Shown: in pieces, positions 1 through 8,027 of the stretch
How positions within the stretch are numbered: position 1 is the first letter of the stretch
Layout: each line of letters starts with the position of its first letter
Origin: a virus
Lineage: Duplodnaviria; Heunggongvirae; Uroviricota; Caudoviricetes
Length of the DNA stretch: 41,556 nucleotides
Virus record (IMG/VR): IMGVR_UViG_2802429245_000005
Strand: one strand, 5' to 3'
Translations under genes and position numbers: made by a program
Notes under the pieces: generated by a model
The model's database searches: none
What the model was told of the DNA's origin: nothing
The model's input: the letters and a program-made list of their open reading frames with translations, nothing else

Positions 1-516
1 ATGAAATTTAAAAAATGTTTTCTGCCTGTGGCAATTTTAGCGTCATTCACCCTGGCAGGATGCCAGTCAAATGCTGACGACCATGCCGCCGATGTCTATC
101 AAACCGATCAACTGAATACAAAGCAAGAAACTAAAACCGTTAATATTATCTCCATTCTTCCCGCAAAAGTTGCCGTAGATAACTCACAAAATAAACGGAA
201 TGCGCAAGCCTTTGGCGCACTTATTGGCGCTGTCGCAGGCGGCGTTATCGGCCATAACGTTGGATCTGGTAGTAACTCCGGAACAACGGCTGGTGCAGTT
301 GGTGGCGGAGCTGTAGGCGCGGCAGCGGGTACTATGGTGAATGATAAAACCTTAGTGGAAGGTGTCTCTTTAACTTATAAGGAAGGCACCAAAGTGTACA
401 CCTCCACCCAGGTGGGTAAAGAATGCCAGTTCACAACGGGTTTAGCCGTTGTTATTACCACCACTTATAACGAAACGCGTATTCAGCCAAATACAAAATG
501 TCCTGAAAAGAGCTAA
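1..516 (+). CDS. Outer-membrane lipoprotein with glycine-zipper region; probable host flank
   Basis: ATG at nt 1. N-terminus MKFKKCFLPVAILASFTLAGC has a lipobox (LAGC). Gly/Ala-rich GAVAGGVIGHNVG zipper. TAA stop at 514-516. Confidence 0.6.
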   Translation: MKFKKCFLPVAILASFTLAGCQSNADDHAADVYQTDQLNTKQETKTVNIISILPAKVAVDNSQNKRNAQAFGALIGAVAGGVIGHNVGSGSNSGTTAGAVGGGAVGAAAGTMVNDKTLVEGVSLTYKEGTKVYTSTQVGKECQFTTGLAVVITTTYNETRIQPNTKCPEKS

Positions 517-531
517 CTATCAGGAGGACTC

Positions 532-1074
532 ATGAAGAAAGTTTTTCTTTGCGCCGCCATATTAGCTGCTGTTAGTAGCCCGGCTTTCGCCTCTTCATTA
601 CAGGATCAACTCTCTGCGGTCGCAGAAGCTGAACAGCAAGGCAAAAATGAAGAACAAAGGCAGCATGACGAATGGGTTGCGGAGCGCAACAGGGAAATCC
701 AGCAAGAGAAGCAACGGCGCGCAAACGCTCAGGCCGCAGCGAATAAAAGAGCGGCAGCAGCAGCAGCGGATAAAAAAGCTCGCCAGGATAAACGGGACGC
801 CGAATTCACTGCGGATAAAAAGCGCGATCAAAGTTATGAAGATGAGCTGCGCAACTTAGAGATTCAGAAGCAAAAACTGGCGCTGGCAAAAGAAGAAGCG
901 CGCGTTAAGCGTGAGAACGAATTTATCGATCAGGAACTGAAACACAAAGCAGCGCAAACCGATGTTGTACAATCTGAAGCTGACGCTAACAGGAATATGA
1001 CTGAAGGTGGTCGTGATTTGATGAAAAGCGTGGGTAAAGCAGAAGAGAATAAATCAGACAGTTGGTTTAATTAA
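532..1074 (+). CDS. Secreted charged coiled-coil protein (signal peptide); probable host flank
   Basis: RBS AGGAGG at 523-528, ATG at 532. Signal-peptide-like N-terminus MKKVFLCAAILAAVSSPAFA. Lys/Glu/Arg/Ala-rich body. Confidence 0.55.
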   Translation: MKKVFLCAAILAAVSSPAFASSLQDQLSAVAEAEQQGKNEEQRQHDEWVAERNREIQQEKQRRANAQAAANKRAAAAAADKKARQDKRDAEFTADKKRDQSYEDELRNLEIQKQKLALAKEEARVKRENEFIDQELKHKAAQTDVVQSEADANRNMTEGGRDLMKSVGKAEENKSDSWFN

Positions 1075-1326
1075 TCGTCTTTCCACTACCAGGCCTGTAA
1101 TTCGTGAGGATTATGGGCTTTTTAATTGCATAAAAAAACCTCCAGTGGATGAACAGAGGGTTTTGTTACCAAAATATGCTGAAGCCTCGTACGAATAGAA
1201 AACCTCAGCATTTAGTGTTCGGGTTTATTCCCACTAAATTATTTACGACACACATAACCATTTGACTGATAACAACTTTCTGAAACCTGATTTTCACCGT
1301 ACCGTTTTATATACCGTCACCGGAAA

Positions 1327-1824
1327 TCAGTGCCACGATTTTTGCTTCTTCAGTGAATCGTATTGCTGTTCGCAGGATTCTCCTGCAATCCGATACTTTT
1401 CAGCCTCAGCTGCTGTTGCGTTGTAAACTCGGTTGCTTTCTTCAAGCATGTCGGCGAGCACACCGATGACCTTGCTGGCTGGCGTGCCAGTGGGGAAAGA
1501 TCCGGTATAGTGTTCGGCGAGTCGCTTGGTTTTGTCAAGCTCGGCGCGCAGGCTGTCAGCAGCGGCATTAGCATGCTCAGCATCAACACGCGCCACATCG
1601 ATACGGGATTGTGCTTCACGTTCAATTTGTGTTTTCTCCTGATCACGTTGTGACCTGGCCTTATCATCAGCCTGTTTCTGATCTTCCTGTGCCTGCGCAT
1701 ACCCGGCGTCGTACTGACGAATGCCGTGTGCATTCCAGGCTACAACTCCTGATATGACCAGAACAGCAAGCATCGCCATGATAACCAACTGTTTCCAGTA
1801 TGCTTTTGCGAATGCCCAGATCAT
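1327..1824 (-). CDS. Rz-like i-spanin (lysis)
   Basis: N-terminal TM helix then charged coiled-coil body. Start overlaps endolysin stop (ATGA at 1821-1824). Last gene of the lysis cassette. Confidence 0.6.
   Translation of the reverse strand: MIWAFAKAYWKQLVIMAMLAVLVISGVVAWNAHGIRQYDAGYAQAQEDQKQADDKARSQRDQEKTQIEREAQSRIDVARVDAEHANAAADSLRAELDKTKRLAEHYTGSFPTGTPASKVIGVLADMLEESNRVYNATAAEAEKYRIAGESCEQQYDSLKKQKSWH
1350..1598 (-). CDS. Rz1-like o-spanin lipoprotein embedded in Rz in another frame
   Basis: Internal start gives [17 protein letters not shown] (lipobox LTAC) followed by a Pro/Ser-rich segment, entirely inside the Rz ORF. Start codon choice (1598, 1583 or nearby) is uncertain. Confidence 0.4.
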   Translation of the reverse strand: MWRVLMLSMLMPLLTACAPSLTKPSDSPNTIPDLSPLARQPARSSVCSPTCLKKATEFTTQQQLRLKSIGLQENPANSNTIH

Positions 1825-2450
1825 AACGCCAGCACCTTACTGGCAGTGATGTATCGCGCGCGCCGGTCATCAATGCCGTTCCGGCCACCATTGATAAGCA
1901 GAGTTACACGTGCAATATCTCCGGTATACTTCATGCAGCCTTTGCTGGAGAAGAACCACGCCGCGCTACGAGCCGCGTATTCGTCCTGCGCAAGCAGTTC
2001 AGGACTCTCCAGCAGGTCAACCTTAAGACCGTTTCCACAGTCACGATAGTTATTCAAACCGGTAATCTGGATAAGTCCGCGCCCACGGTAGTTCCAGCCA
2101 TCGCCAGGAGCATTGTTACCCATGCGTTTGCTGTACACCAGATTGGCAATCGCTCTCTGGCGCTCAGGTGGCAATGGTGGTTCGCCTGCGCGTCGCCCCA
2201 ATGCGTTGGCCTGTCCCTGAGTGAGACGCCCAGCCCGAACAAAGTTAGCCAGTCCGCTGACGCTGTAGTTGAAATTTTCCTGCAACCGGGTGAAACCTCC
2301 AGACTCATGCCCGACCTGAGCAATAAACATTGCCTGATCTTCTGGTTTGCTGATACCAAACTCTTTCATCGCAGAAGTTATATGCGAGAACCAGCGTGCG
2401 GCCAGCGCCTCGCTAATACCAGCAGCTCGCTGGAATTGTTTAATCTCCAT
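1821..2450 (-). CDS. Endolysin, glycoside hydrolase family 19 (chitinase-like) lysozyme
   Basis: Internal ATG at 2448-2450 gives [12 protein letters not shown]... with [18 protein letters not shown] and NY motifs typical of GH19 phage endolysins. The longer ORF to 2615 has an atypical N-terminal extension. Confidence 0.75.
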   Translation of the reverse strand: MEIKQFQRAAGISEALAARWFSHITSAMKEFGISKPEDQAMFIAQVGHESGGFTRLQENFNYSVSGLANFVRAGRLTQGQANALGRRAGEPPLPPERQRAIANLVYSKRMGNNAPGDGWNYRGRGLIQITGLNNYRDCGNGLKVDLLESPELLAQDEYAARSAAWFFSSKGCMKYTGDIARVTLLINGGRNGIDDRRARYITASKVLAL

Positions 2451-2643
2451 GTTTAGACCTCGATACTTTAAAAATTTGAACGACGTTACCGCGCGTTTTA
2501 ATAACCGCAGCGAGCATGACAGCGTTGATAATGACCTCAGATAAATCCACAGCCATTGGCGTGCGGAACCAGATTGCATAGGCAACACGAACCGGAATAC
2601 TGGCCGCAGCAACAATCAGGAAATAAGCAAGCCACCCCCCCAT
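2440..2643 (-). CDS. Small two-TM membrane protein, candidate class II holin or antiholin
   Basis: 67 aa with two hydrophobic helices and a charged C-terminus (KVSRSKHGD). Overlaps the endolysin start by 11 nt. RBS is weak. Confidence 0.4.
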   Translation of the reverse strand: MGGWLAYFLIVAAASIPVRVAYAIWFRTPMAVDLSEVIINAVMLAAVIKTRGNVVQIFKVSRSKHGD

Positions 2644-2733
2644 CTTCGATGTTGAGATCCGTTACGCCGGAATGTGACAACACGAATTGCTATGCCAGTA
2701 CAAATAACTGCATTGGTGATAAGCAAAAAAAAC

Positions 2734-3138
2734 TCATGCGTTACCATCGTCTTTTCTCCCCGGAATTAACTCGCGTGGATTATCGGAACGGTGGTAGAGC
2801 CATATACCAATACGCACAGCAACAATTGCTGACACGAATGCGCCAGCAGAGAAAACAATCCCTTTTTCAAAAGAGTCCTGCGTGATAGTAGGGATCAGGC
2901 TGGCTATGCCGATAAGAATTGATGCTGCTGGTTTATAAAAAAGAAGGCCGCAGAGAAAGCTAAGCATCGACAAGAGTACACGACGACGAATGGGATACTC
3001 TACCGCAGAGGTAACAAAAATTACCGCTCCAGCCAAAGCCCCCAAAGCAACCTCAGGAGGAACTCCTGCTATCACCGCCGCCAGAGAACTCATGCTAAGC
3101 CACTGATTTAAAGTTTCACTGGTTAGTTGAGCTGACAT
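2734..3138 (-). CDS. Multi-TM membrane protein, putative holin
   Basis: ATG at 3136-3138 preceded by GGTGG. About 134 aa with 3-4 predicted hydrophobic helices, immediately upstream of the endolysin. Confidence 0.5.
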   Translation of the reverse strand: MSAQLTSETLNQWLSMSSLAAVIAGVPPEVALGALAGAVIFVTSAVEYPIRRRVLLSMLSFLCGLLFYKPAASILIGIASLIPTITQDSFEKGIVFSAGAFVSAIVAVRIGIWLYHRSDNPRELIPGRKDDGNA

Positions 3139-3358
3139 GTTTTCCACCGTTTATATGCATAACTACCTCCTGAACAGTAAAGCATTATGCATGATAAACC
3201 ATTTATGGTTTTTTGTTACTTCAACATCGTCAATCCCCTGTTTTCATGCCGATAATAAGGCTCACCTTTTACATAACACTGAAGAAACAACAGTACAGAA
3301 ATGATTCAAACTATGGAGATCGGGTTGAATACCGCGCCATCAAATGGCGCGGTAGCGA

Positions 3359-3655
3359 TCAAATAGAGAAATAAATACAAAAACAAAAAATGACAGGAAC
3401 AGCAAAATCCAACAGACTTCCCACATCCCACACGCGTGGGTCAAAACCTCCCCACCATGGCATGTTGATACGTTTCCCTTTCCCAAACTTTTCTATCCAG
3501 CGATATTCTGCCTGGGTGTGTTCACGCGCAATGAAGAACGTACAACCGGCTATCGCACCGTAAGCCCAGTTTCCTGTTATTATTCCGAAGAAACATTGCA
3601 CAATTATTGATGCAATAGCATGGACAAAAGGAGAATAGTCAATATTATTCATCAT
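3359..3655 (-). CDS. Small integral membrane protein of unknown function
   Basis: ATG ATG at 3650-3655 preceded by GAAGGTG. About 98 aa, hydrophobic (IASIIVQCFFGIITG..., FAVPVIFCFCIYFSI). Followed by a 10-bp perfect-stem hairpin at 3331-3354. Confidence 0.45.
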   Translation of the reverse strand: MMNNIDYSPFVHAIASIIVQCFFGIITGNWAYGAIAGCTFFIAREHTQAEYRWIEKFGKGKRINMPWWGGFDPRVWDVGSLLDFAVPVIFCFCIYFSI

Positions 3656-3684
3656 AACACCTTCATGAATAAACCATATTCTGC

Positions 3685-6426
3685 TTACACAGCACAAATC
3701 CTGATCGTTGCTGTGATATCAGTTTCAGTGCCATTATTGAGATATAACCTACCGCCTACAATTGACATCCCAATTTTGGTAGAAACTTCTTCATCTGCAG
3801 ATGTCACCACCACGTTTGTTTTATTGTAATTACCAAGCGGAGATTCATCAGTCGAATGCCCTGGCCTCAATATCATTCCTACACCTGCAAAGAAATTAGG
3901 GTTCCCATTATTTATAACATCCACACAATAAGATAATGCGCTTTTACTAAGTGGGATGGATTGACTTGTATGTGCCTTAACCCACATTTCCCATACGTAT
4001 TCACTTTTACGTATCGCCCCCTCACATGAACCAGATGCATGGAATAACTTTCCTGATGATACAGTGTTATTGGTGCCAACAAGAATCATCTGATTTCCAC
4101 CACCAAAGCCAAAGTTATCACCAAGAGATGGTCCACCATTAATCCTTAACATATATGCATCAGTACTGCCTGATGAGGCGTCAGAGTTATCTATATATAC
4201 AGTGCAATCACTTATAAGAACGCCATCAATCTTATCTGGCGCAACAGTATTAGTTTGGACAACGACGAACTCTCTGGTGGTAGATTTTGCCGAACAACCT
4301 TTAATAATTGTTGGTGTTTCAAGAGTATATGTTTGAGTAATAAAAATGAAATTACTAGGACGAAGCTTCCGATTAACAGCATTTGTTGCTTTCCACCATT
4401 TATTGCTTGATTCGGTTGTTTCGCTAAAGCCATCAATATAGTGAGTATCGGTAATAGTAATTCCGCTACCATAATACAAACGAATCGGAAGGTTGCTAAA
4501 TCCTCTAATCTCGCAACCAGATACTATCTCATTAAAACCACGTATAGTTGCGCCATAAAAACAGTCAACTGCCACATTGTCTTTATATTTAGACTCTGCG
4601 GCACCACCATGACTACCAAACCCATAGGAAAATTCAGTCCATCCTTCCGATGGAAATATAATCCCACCAGTATAACCAGTTCCGCCACCACGCATTGTAA
4701 TGTTGGTTACATTATTGTAGAGAGAACTCCAGTTACTCCCTCCAATATCAACACCACGCCTACAACAAGATGCATTGATATTGTCCACAGTGCAGTAACT
4801 GCTATTGGAAACAGAAACAGCATTACCTGTACCACCATCACCATTGAAAACTCTATTGATTCCATACAGAGATGTATCACGAACAGTGCATCTTAAGCAG
4901 CCTAACAAGGTAATCCCAGCATTCGGGAAATTTTCCACACTAGCGAAACTGGCAATACCGTTTACGCAATATTCGAAGACAACCCCATCATAAGCTTTTT
5001 GTCCGCTAGTTGCATTGGTAACTAACCCGTGTATCGTCCCAACATGAAAATCTCCAGAAATATTAAATGTAGCAGGATAGACAGCCCAGGCCTCAGCTTG
5101 CCTAACCAAACGAAATGTATCTCCTGCAGCAGGTTTATTTGGGAATCCAGTGTCAGCATTACTACCAATAGTAAATGTTTTTGTGTCATCATCATATGCT
5201 GTAACCATTTTGGTTATACCAGCATTATCTCCCGTTAATCCAAGAATTTTATAGAGTGCATCACGAGGTGGTGATGTCACTGAGAAATTTGTAGATGTAA
5301 ATGATTGCCCACTAGATGCGCCAGTAACTGTAACTGTAATATTCCCTCCTGAACGGTAGTAATAATATGCATCCTGATCTAATGTCACATTATTTCCACT
5401 AAGTGAAACGACTTCAACAATTTGCCCTTCCTGCCAACTTCCTCGGTTATCTCCACGAACAAGGTGGTTATTACGAATAACAAGCAAATCTCCGACAGAA
5501 ATATCAGACACATCATCAAGAGTCACAGTCTTTTCGCCCAATGATATATCTCTCGTTATGAAATTATGCAATTTAGTACTTGCAATTCCACCAAGCTTTA
5601 TTGCTGAACCTTCATATCCTACAACATTATTTGTGCAGAGCAATTCAACCTTTCCTGATGCCACCCAATCGAAGCAACCATATGGAATGGAAATATCTAT
5701 TTGTGAAAACAGGTACTTTCCTGCTGTCCATTCCAAACGCTTTCCGTTAGATGCGCAGTAAATGATGGCATTTGTTATTGCGTCTGTATCGTCAGTAATG
5801 CCATCCCCTTTTGCACCAAAATCGCGAACATTGACGATATCCCGCATCTTATCCTGGAACGTTCTGTATACTGCTCCAGAACCATACTGAATAAACAAAC
5901 CAAAACCACCAACAACTCCGGCGATTGCAGCATCGACATAATTACGCATTGAGCGATTATTTACAGCATCCTGCTCAAGTGATGGATCTGCAAGGTTAGA
6001 AATTCTGTTTTGTTTTGCATCGTAATATTTTGCAAGCAGAGAGGGCTTCATCAATGCACGTCTGAACCACCCAAAACATTGCTGGATCAGCATCGTCAGA
6101 TAGTCAAAGGCATCCTCATGCACTTCGGGGAAAAATTTTCCCTGATTGCGAAGGTCTGTCTCCTGCACTACATCAAGCACACGATCTATCGTAATTCGCC
6201 ATCCAGCAGCAAGCGGAGACGGAAGAACCACAGAACCGCCACTATAAGTGCCCGCCCCAGTTACCGTATAACCGGTATCCAGAACCAATTCTGTTACGTT
6301 CCCGTTCAGGTCAGACACCTGAACAACCAGGTCTGATTTTCTGAAAATTCGAAAAGTATACGGAAACGATGTCGTAACGCCGTTACCTGTGTATTCGTTG
6401 TGGTCAACTTCGGTTGAGACCGTCAT
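3685..6426 (-). CDS. Tailspike with N-terminal virion-attachment domain and pectate-lyase-like beta-helix receptor-binding/depolymerase domain
   Basis: 913 aa. RBS GGAG 9 nt upstream of ATG (6424-6426). VRDFGAKGDGITDDTDAI motif typical of right-handed beta-helix glycanases. Downstream two-thirds is AT-rich by eye. Confidence 0.85.
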   Translation of the reverse strand: MTVSTEVDHNEYTGNGVTTSFPYTFRIFRKSDLVVQVSDLNGNVTELVLDTGYTVTGAGTYSGGSVVLPSPLAAGWRITIDRVLDVVQETDLRNQGKFFPEVHEDAFDYLTMLIQQCFGWFRRALMKPSLLAKYYDAKQNRISNLADPSLEQDAVNNRSMRNYVDAAIAGVVGGFGLFIQYGSGAVYRTFQDKMRDIVNVRDFGAKGDGITDDTDAITNAIIYCASNGKRLEWTAGKYLFSQIDISIPYGCFDWVASGKVELLCTNNVVGYEGSAIKLGGIASTKLHNFITRDISLGEKTVTLDDVSDISVGDLLVIRNNHLVRGDNRGSWQEGQIVEVVSLSGNNVTLDQDAYYYYRSGGNITVTVTGASSGQSFTSTNFSVTSPPRDALYKILGLTGDNAGITKMVTAYDDDTKTFTIGSNADTGFPNKPAAGDTFRLVRQAEAWAVYPATFNISGDFHVGTIHGLVTNATSGQKAYDGVVFEYCVNGIASFASVENFPNAGITLLGCLRCTVRDTSLYGINRVFNGDGGTGNAVSVSNSSYCTVDNINASCCRRGVDIGGSNWSSLYNNVTNITMRGGGTGYTGGIIFPSEGWTEFSYGFGSHGGAAESKYKDNVAVDCFYGATIRGFNEIVSGCEIRGFSNLPIRLYYGSGITITDTHYIDGFSETTESSNKWWKATNAVNRKLRPSNFIFITQTYTLETPTIIKGCSAKSTTREFVVVQTNTVAPDKIDGVLISDCTVYIDNSDASSGSTDAYMLRINGGPSLGDNFGFGGGNQMILVGTNNTVSSGKLFHASGSCEGAIRKSEYVWEMWVKAHTSQSIPLSKSALSYCVDVINNGNPNFFAGVGMILRPGHSTDESPLGNYNKTNVVVTSADEEVSTKIGMSIVGGRLYLNNGTETDITATIRICAV

Positions 6427-6530
6427 GTTAAATCTCCAGATAGTCGCAGCACCCGTTGCGCCGCATATCTGGTTATTCTATTACCTGAAAAACCACATAT
6501 GGATAGAAAGACTGTAAATACGAATAGATA

Positions 6531-6545
6531 TTACCTTTCAGGTAA
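6531..6545. promoter_or_regulatory. Palindromic operator-like site TTACCTTTCAGGTAA
   Basis: Exact TTACC-N5-GGTAA between the divergent tailspike (start 6426) and gene 6622. Confidence 0.6.
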
Positions 6546-6621
6546 TTTGCAAAACGTGCTGGATAGCAAACAAATTATTTGCTACTGTATAAATATACAG
6601 TTATTGCATGGAGAAGATAAG

Positions 6622-6879
6622 ATGCAGCAGTATCACTATCCACTGGAAGACGGATTTACCGAAAGGATTCACACGCCGGGAGGCGTCAGATCACTGGTGG
6701 AGGGATCGCACTTGATGAAATTACTCCGGGATCTCGATAAGGATGGATTTAATGTCGATGGCCCACTTGCCGAACTGACTGCACTGATTAACTACGTCAC
6801 CAGCTCACAGATGTCTATGCAGGATCTGCAAACACATCTCGACTATTGTGCCGAACAATTACGAAAACAAACCCGGTAA
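6622..6879 (+). CDS. Small protein homologous to the C-terminal domain of the BRO-N antirepressor at 8028-8723
   Basis: ATG at 6622 with GGAGAAG upstream. Aligns with the antirepressor C-terminus (LMKLLRDLDKDGFNVDGPLAELT...DLQTHLDY versus LMNLLNQLQEDGHDVSGAAAELT...DIQTHAEY). Confidence 0.55.
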   Translation: MQQYHYPLEDGFTERIHTPGGVRSLVEGSHLMKLLRDLDKDGFNVDGPLAELTALINYVTSSQMSMQDLQTHLDYCAEQLRKQTR

Positions 6880-6886
6880 ATTTAAA

Positions 6887-6902
6887 GGCCGCAAGAGCGG
6901 CC
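6887..6902. terminator. Hairpin between convergent genes 6622-6879 and 6902-7630 (possible bidirectional terminator)
   Basis: GGCCGC-AAGA-GCGGCC with T-rich flanks on both strands. Confidence 0.4.
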
Positions 6903-7630
6903 TATCGTTTCGCTTTGTGCTCGTCCCAGCACGTTTTGCACCATGCCATTAAGCCGTCCGCATTTTGATTATTAGGGTAAAAGCTGGTTCGTTTTCTGCG
7001 GACATTACAAATTGGGCACCACTTCATATGACGTGTATTCTTTGGGCCATCGAGACACCTTGCACACCACTTAGTCAATCCATCTGGATTTTTTGACGAT
7101 TTCCTGAATTTTTCATATGGAAGGTTTATTCTGCATCGCAAGCACTGCTTGCTACCGCTTGAAACTCTGTTAGCTGATTCTTCTTTTGGCGGCGATACAG
7201 AAGATATTCTTGCTGGCTCTGATACTGCCTGAGGTGCTTTTTTAAATGACTGAGACGATATGTCATCACCAGGGAATCTTCCATGATATGCCGGACGCGT
7301 TGACACTCCAGGTGGAAGCTCAGCTGTAAACGGCTTTGGCTGAATCAGTTGCCTCTCTTTTGCTAACTCCTGCTGTTTATAATATGTCTGGATTACCGCA
7401 CTATCATAAGCAGGAGGTGCGGAAATATTAGGCGCATTACCTCCAGTTTTTTGAAACTGAGTAGAGGTGTGTTCTATCACCTGTGTACGATTAATCGTTA
7501 TCTCCCCATCTTCGGTCTTTATCGTTTTGTTATGATTAACGACCGTACGATCAGAGATCTTAGTCTTGTTCTGGTTGATAACGTAAATAATCACCGTAAC
7601 CACACCAACAACTATCCAGAAAACTTCCAT
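6902..7630 (-). CDS. Membrane-anchored protein with two tandem CxxC...WCxxC zinc-ribbon-like repeats
   Basis: RBS GAGGAAAAG before ATG (7628-7630). N-terminal TM helix, Pro/Ser-rich linker, repeats CLRCR...DGLTKWCARC and CPICN...DGLMAWCKTC. Operator motif at 7651-7665. Confidence 0.6.
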   Translation of the reverse strand: MEVFWIVVGVVTVIIYVINQNKTKISDRTVVNHNKTIKTEDGEITINRTQVIEHTSTQFQKTGGNAPNISAPPAYDSAVIQTYYKQQELAKERQLIQPKPFTAELPPGVSTRPAYHGRFPGDDISSQSFKKAPQAVSEPARISSVSPPKEESANRVSSGSKQCLRCRINLPYEKFRKSSKNPDGLTKWCARCLDGPKNTRHMKWCPICNVRRKRTSFYPNNQNADGLMAWCKTCWDEHKAKR

Positions 7631-7650
7631 TGCTTTTCCTCACAATAACA

Positions 7651-7665
7651 TTACCTTAAAGGTAA
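7651..7665. promoter_or_regulatory. Palindromic operator-like site TTACCTTAAAGGTAA
   Basis: Exact motif 21 nt upstream of the start of minus-strand gene 6902-7630. Confidence 0.6.
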
Positions 7666-7743
7666 TATCTTGCTTTCAGGTGATCAAGCATTAAACGCAA
7701 CCAACCAAATACGGTTGATTTTAATATTTATTCGCGTTTATCA

Positions 7744-7758
7744 TTACCTTTGCGGTAA
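7744..7758. promoter_or_regulatory. Palindromic operator-like site TTACCTTTGCGGTAA
   Basis: Exact motif at the head of the structured leader upstream of the antirepressor gene. Confidence 0.6.
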
Positions 7759-7792
7759 ATTTACATCGCACTCCTCTTGTGCCATAGTAATC

Positions 7793-7816
7793 GGGCACTG
7801 GCAAAATCCAGTGCCG
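7793..7816 (+). other. Perfect 8-bp stem-loop (GGCACTGG / CCAGTGCC) in the antirepressor leader
   Basis: Read directly; lies between the operator at 7744 and the terminator at 7851. Confidence 0.5.
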
Positions 7817-7850
7817 GGATTGGCGTCCCGGATTACTAAAAGGCGCATTC

Positions 7851-7870
7851 ACCGCGCAAGCGGTTTTTTT
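7851..7870 (+). terminator. Intrinsic terminator-like hairpin plus T7 tract in the antirepressor leader
   Basis: ACCGC-GCAA-GCGGT followed by TTTTTTT. Confidence 0.5.
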
Positions 7871-8027
7871 ATGCGTATAGCACGGCCACATTCGTATTAT
7901 GGTGGGCTGTGTGGGGGCACCGAAAGGTGCGCCGGGTCCTTTTAGCCGGTTACGCCAACCCTGCACAGTTCACCACCAACCGATTGGCGTCGGTAGTGGT
8001 GATTAACCAGACTAAAAGGTAACCACT

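Noticed and set aside
1821-2615. Long form of the endolysin ORF starting at 2615
   Set aside because: The 55-residue N-terminal extension is Leu/Arg/Ser-rich and unlike endolysin N-termini; the internal ATG at 2450 gives a canonical GH19 start and overlaps the upstream small membrane-protein gene as expected in a lysis cassette.
4441-4896. 151-aa plus-strand ORF inside the tailspike gene
   Set aside because: Antisense to a well-supported tailspike coding region; Thr/Ile-rich translation typical of an AT-rich antisense frame.
7670-7966. Plus ORF 7670-7945 and minus ORF 7721-7966 in the antirepressor leader
   Set aside because: They overlap each other and the hairpin/terminator structures, lack RBSs and give low-complexity translations; the region is interpreted as structured RNA.
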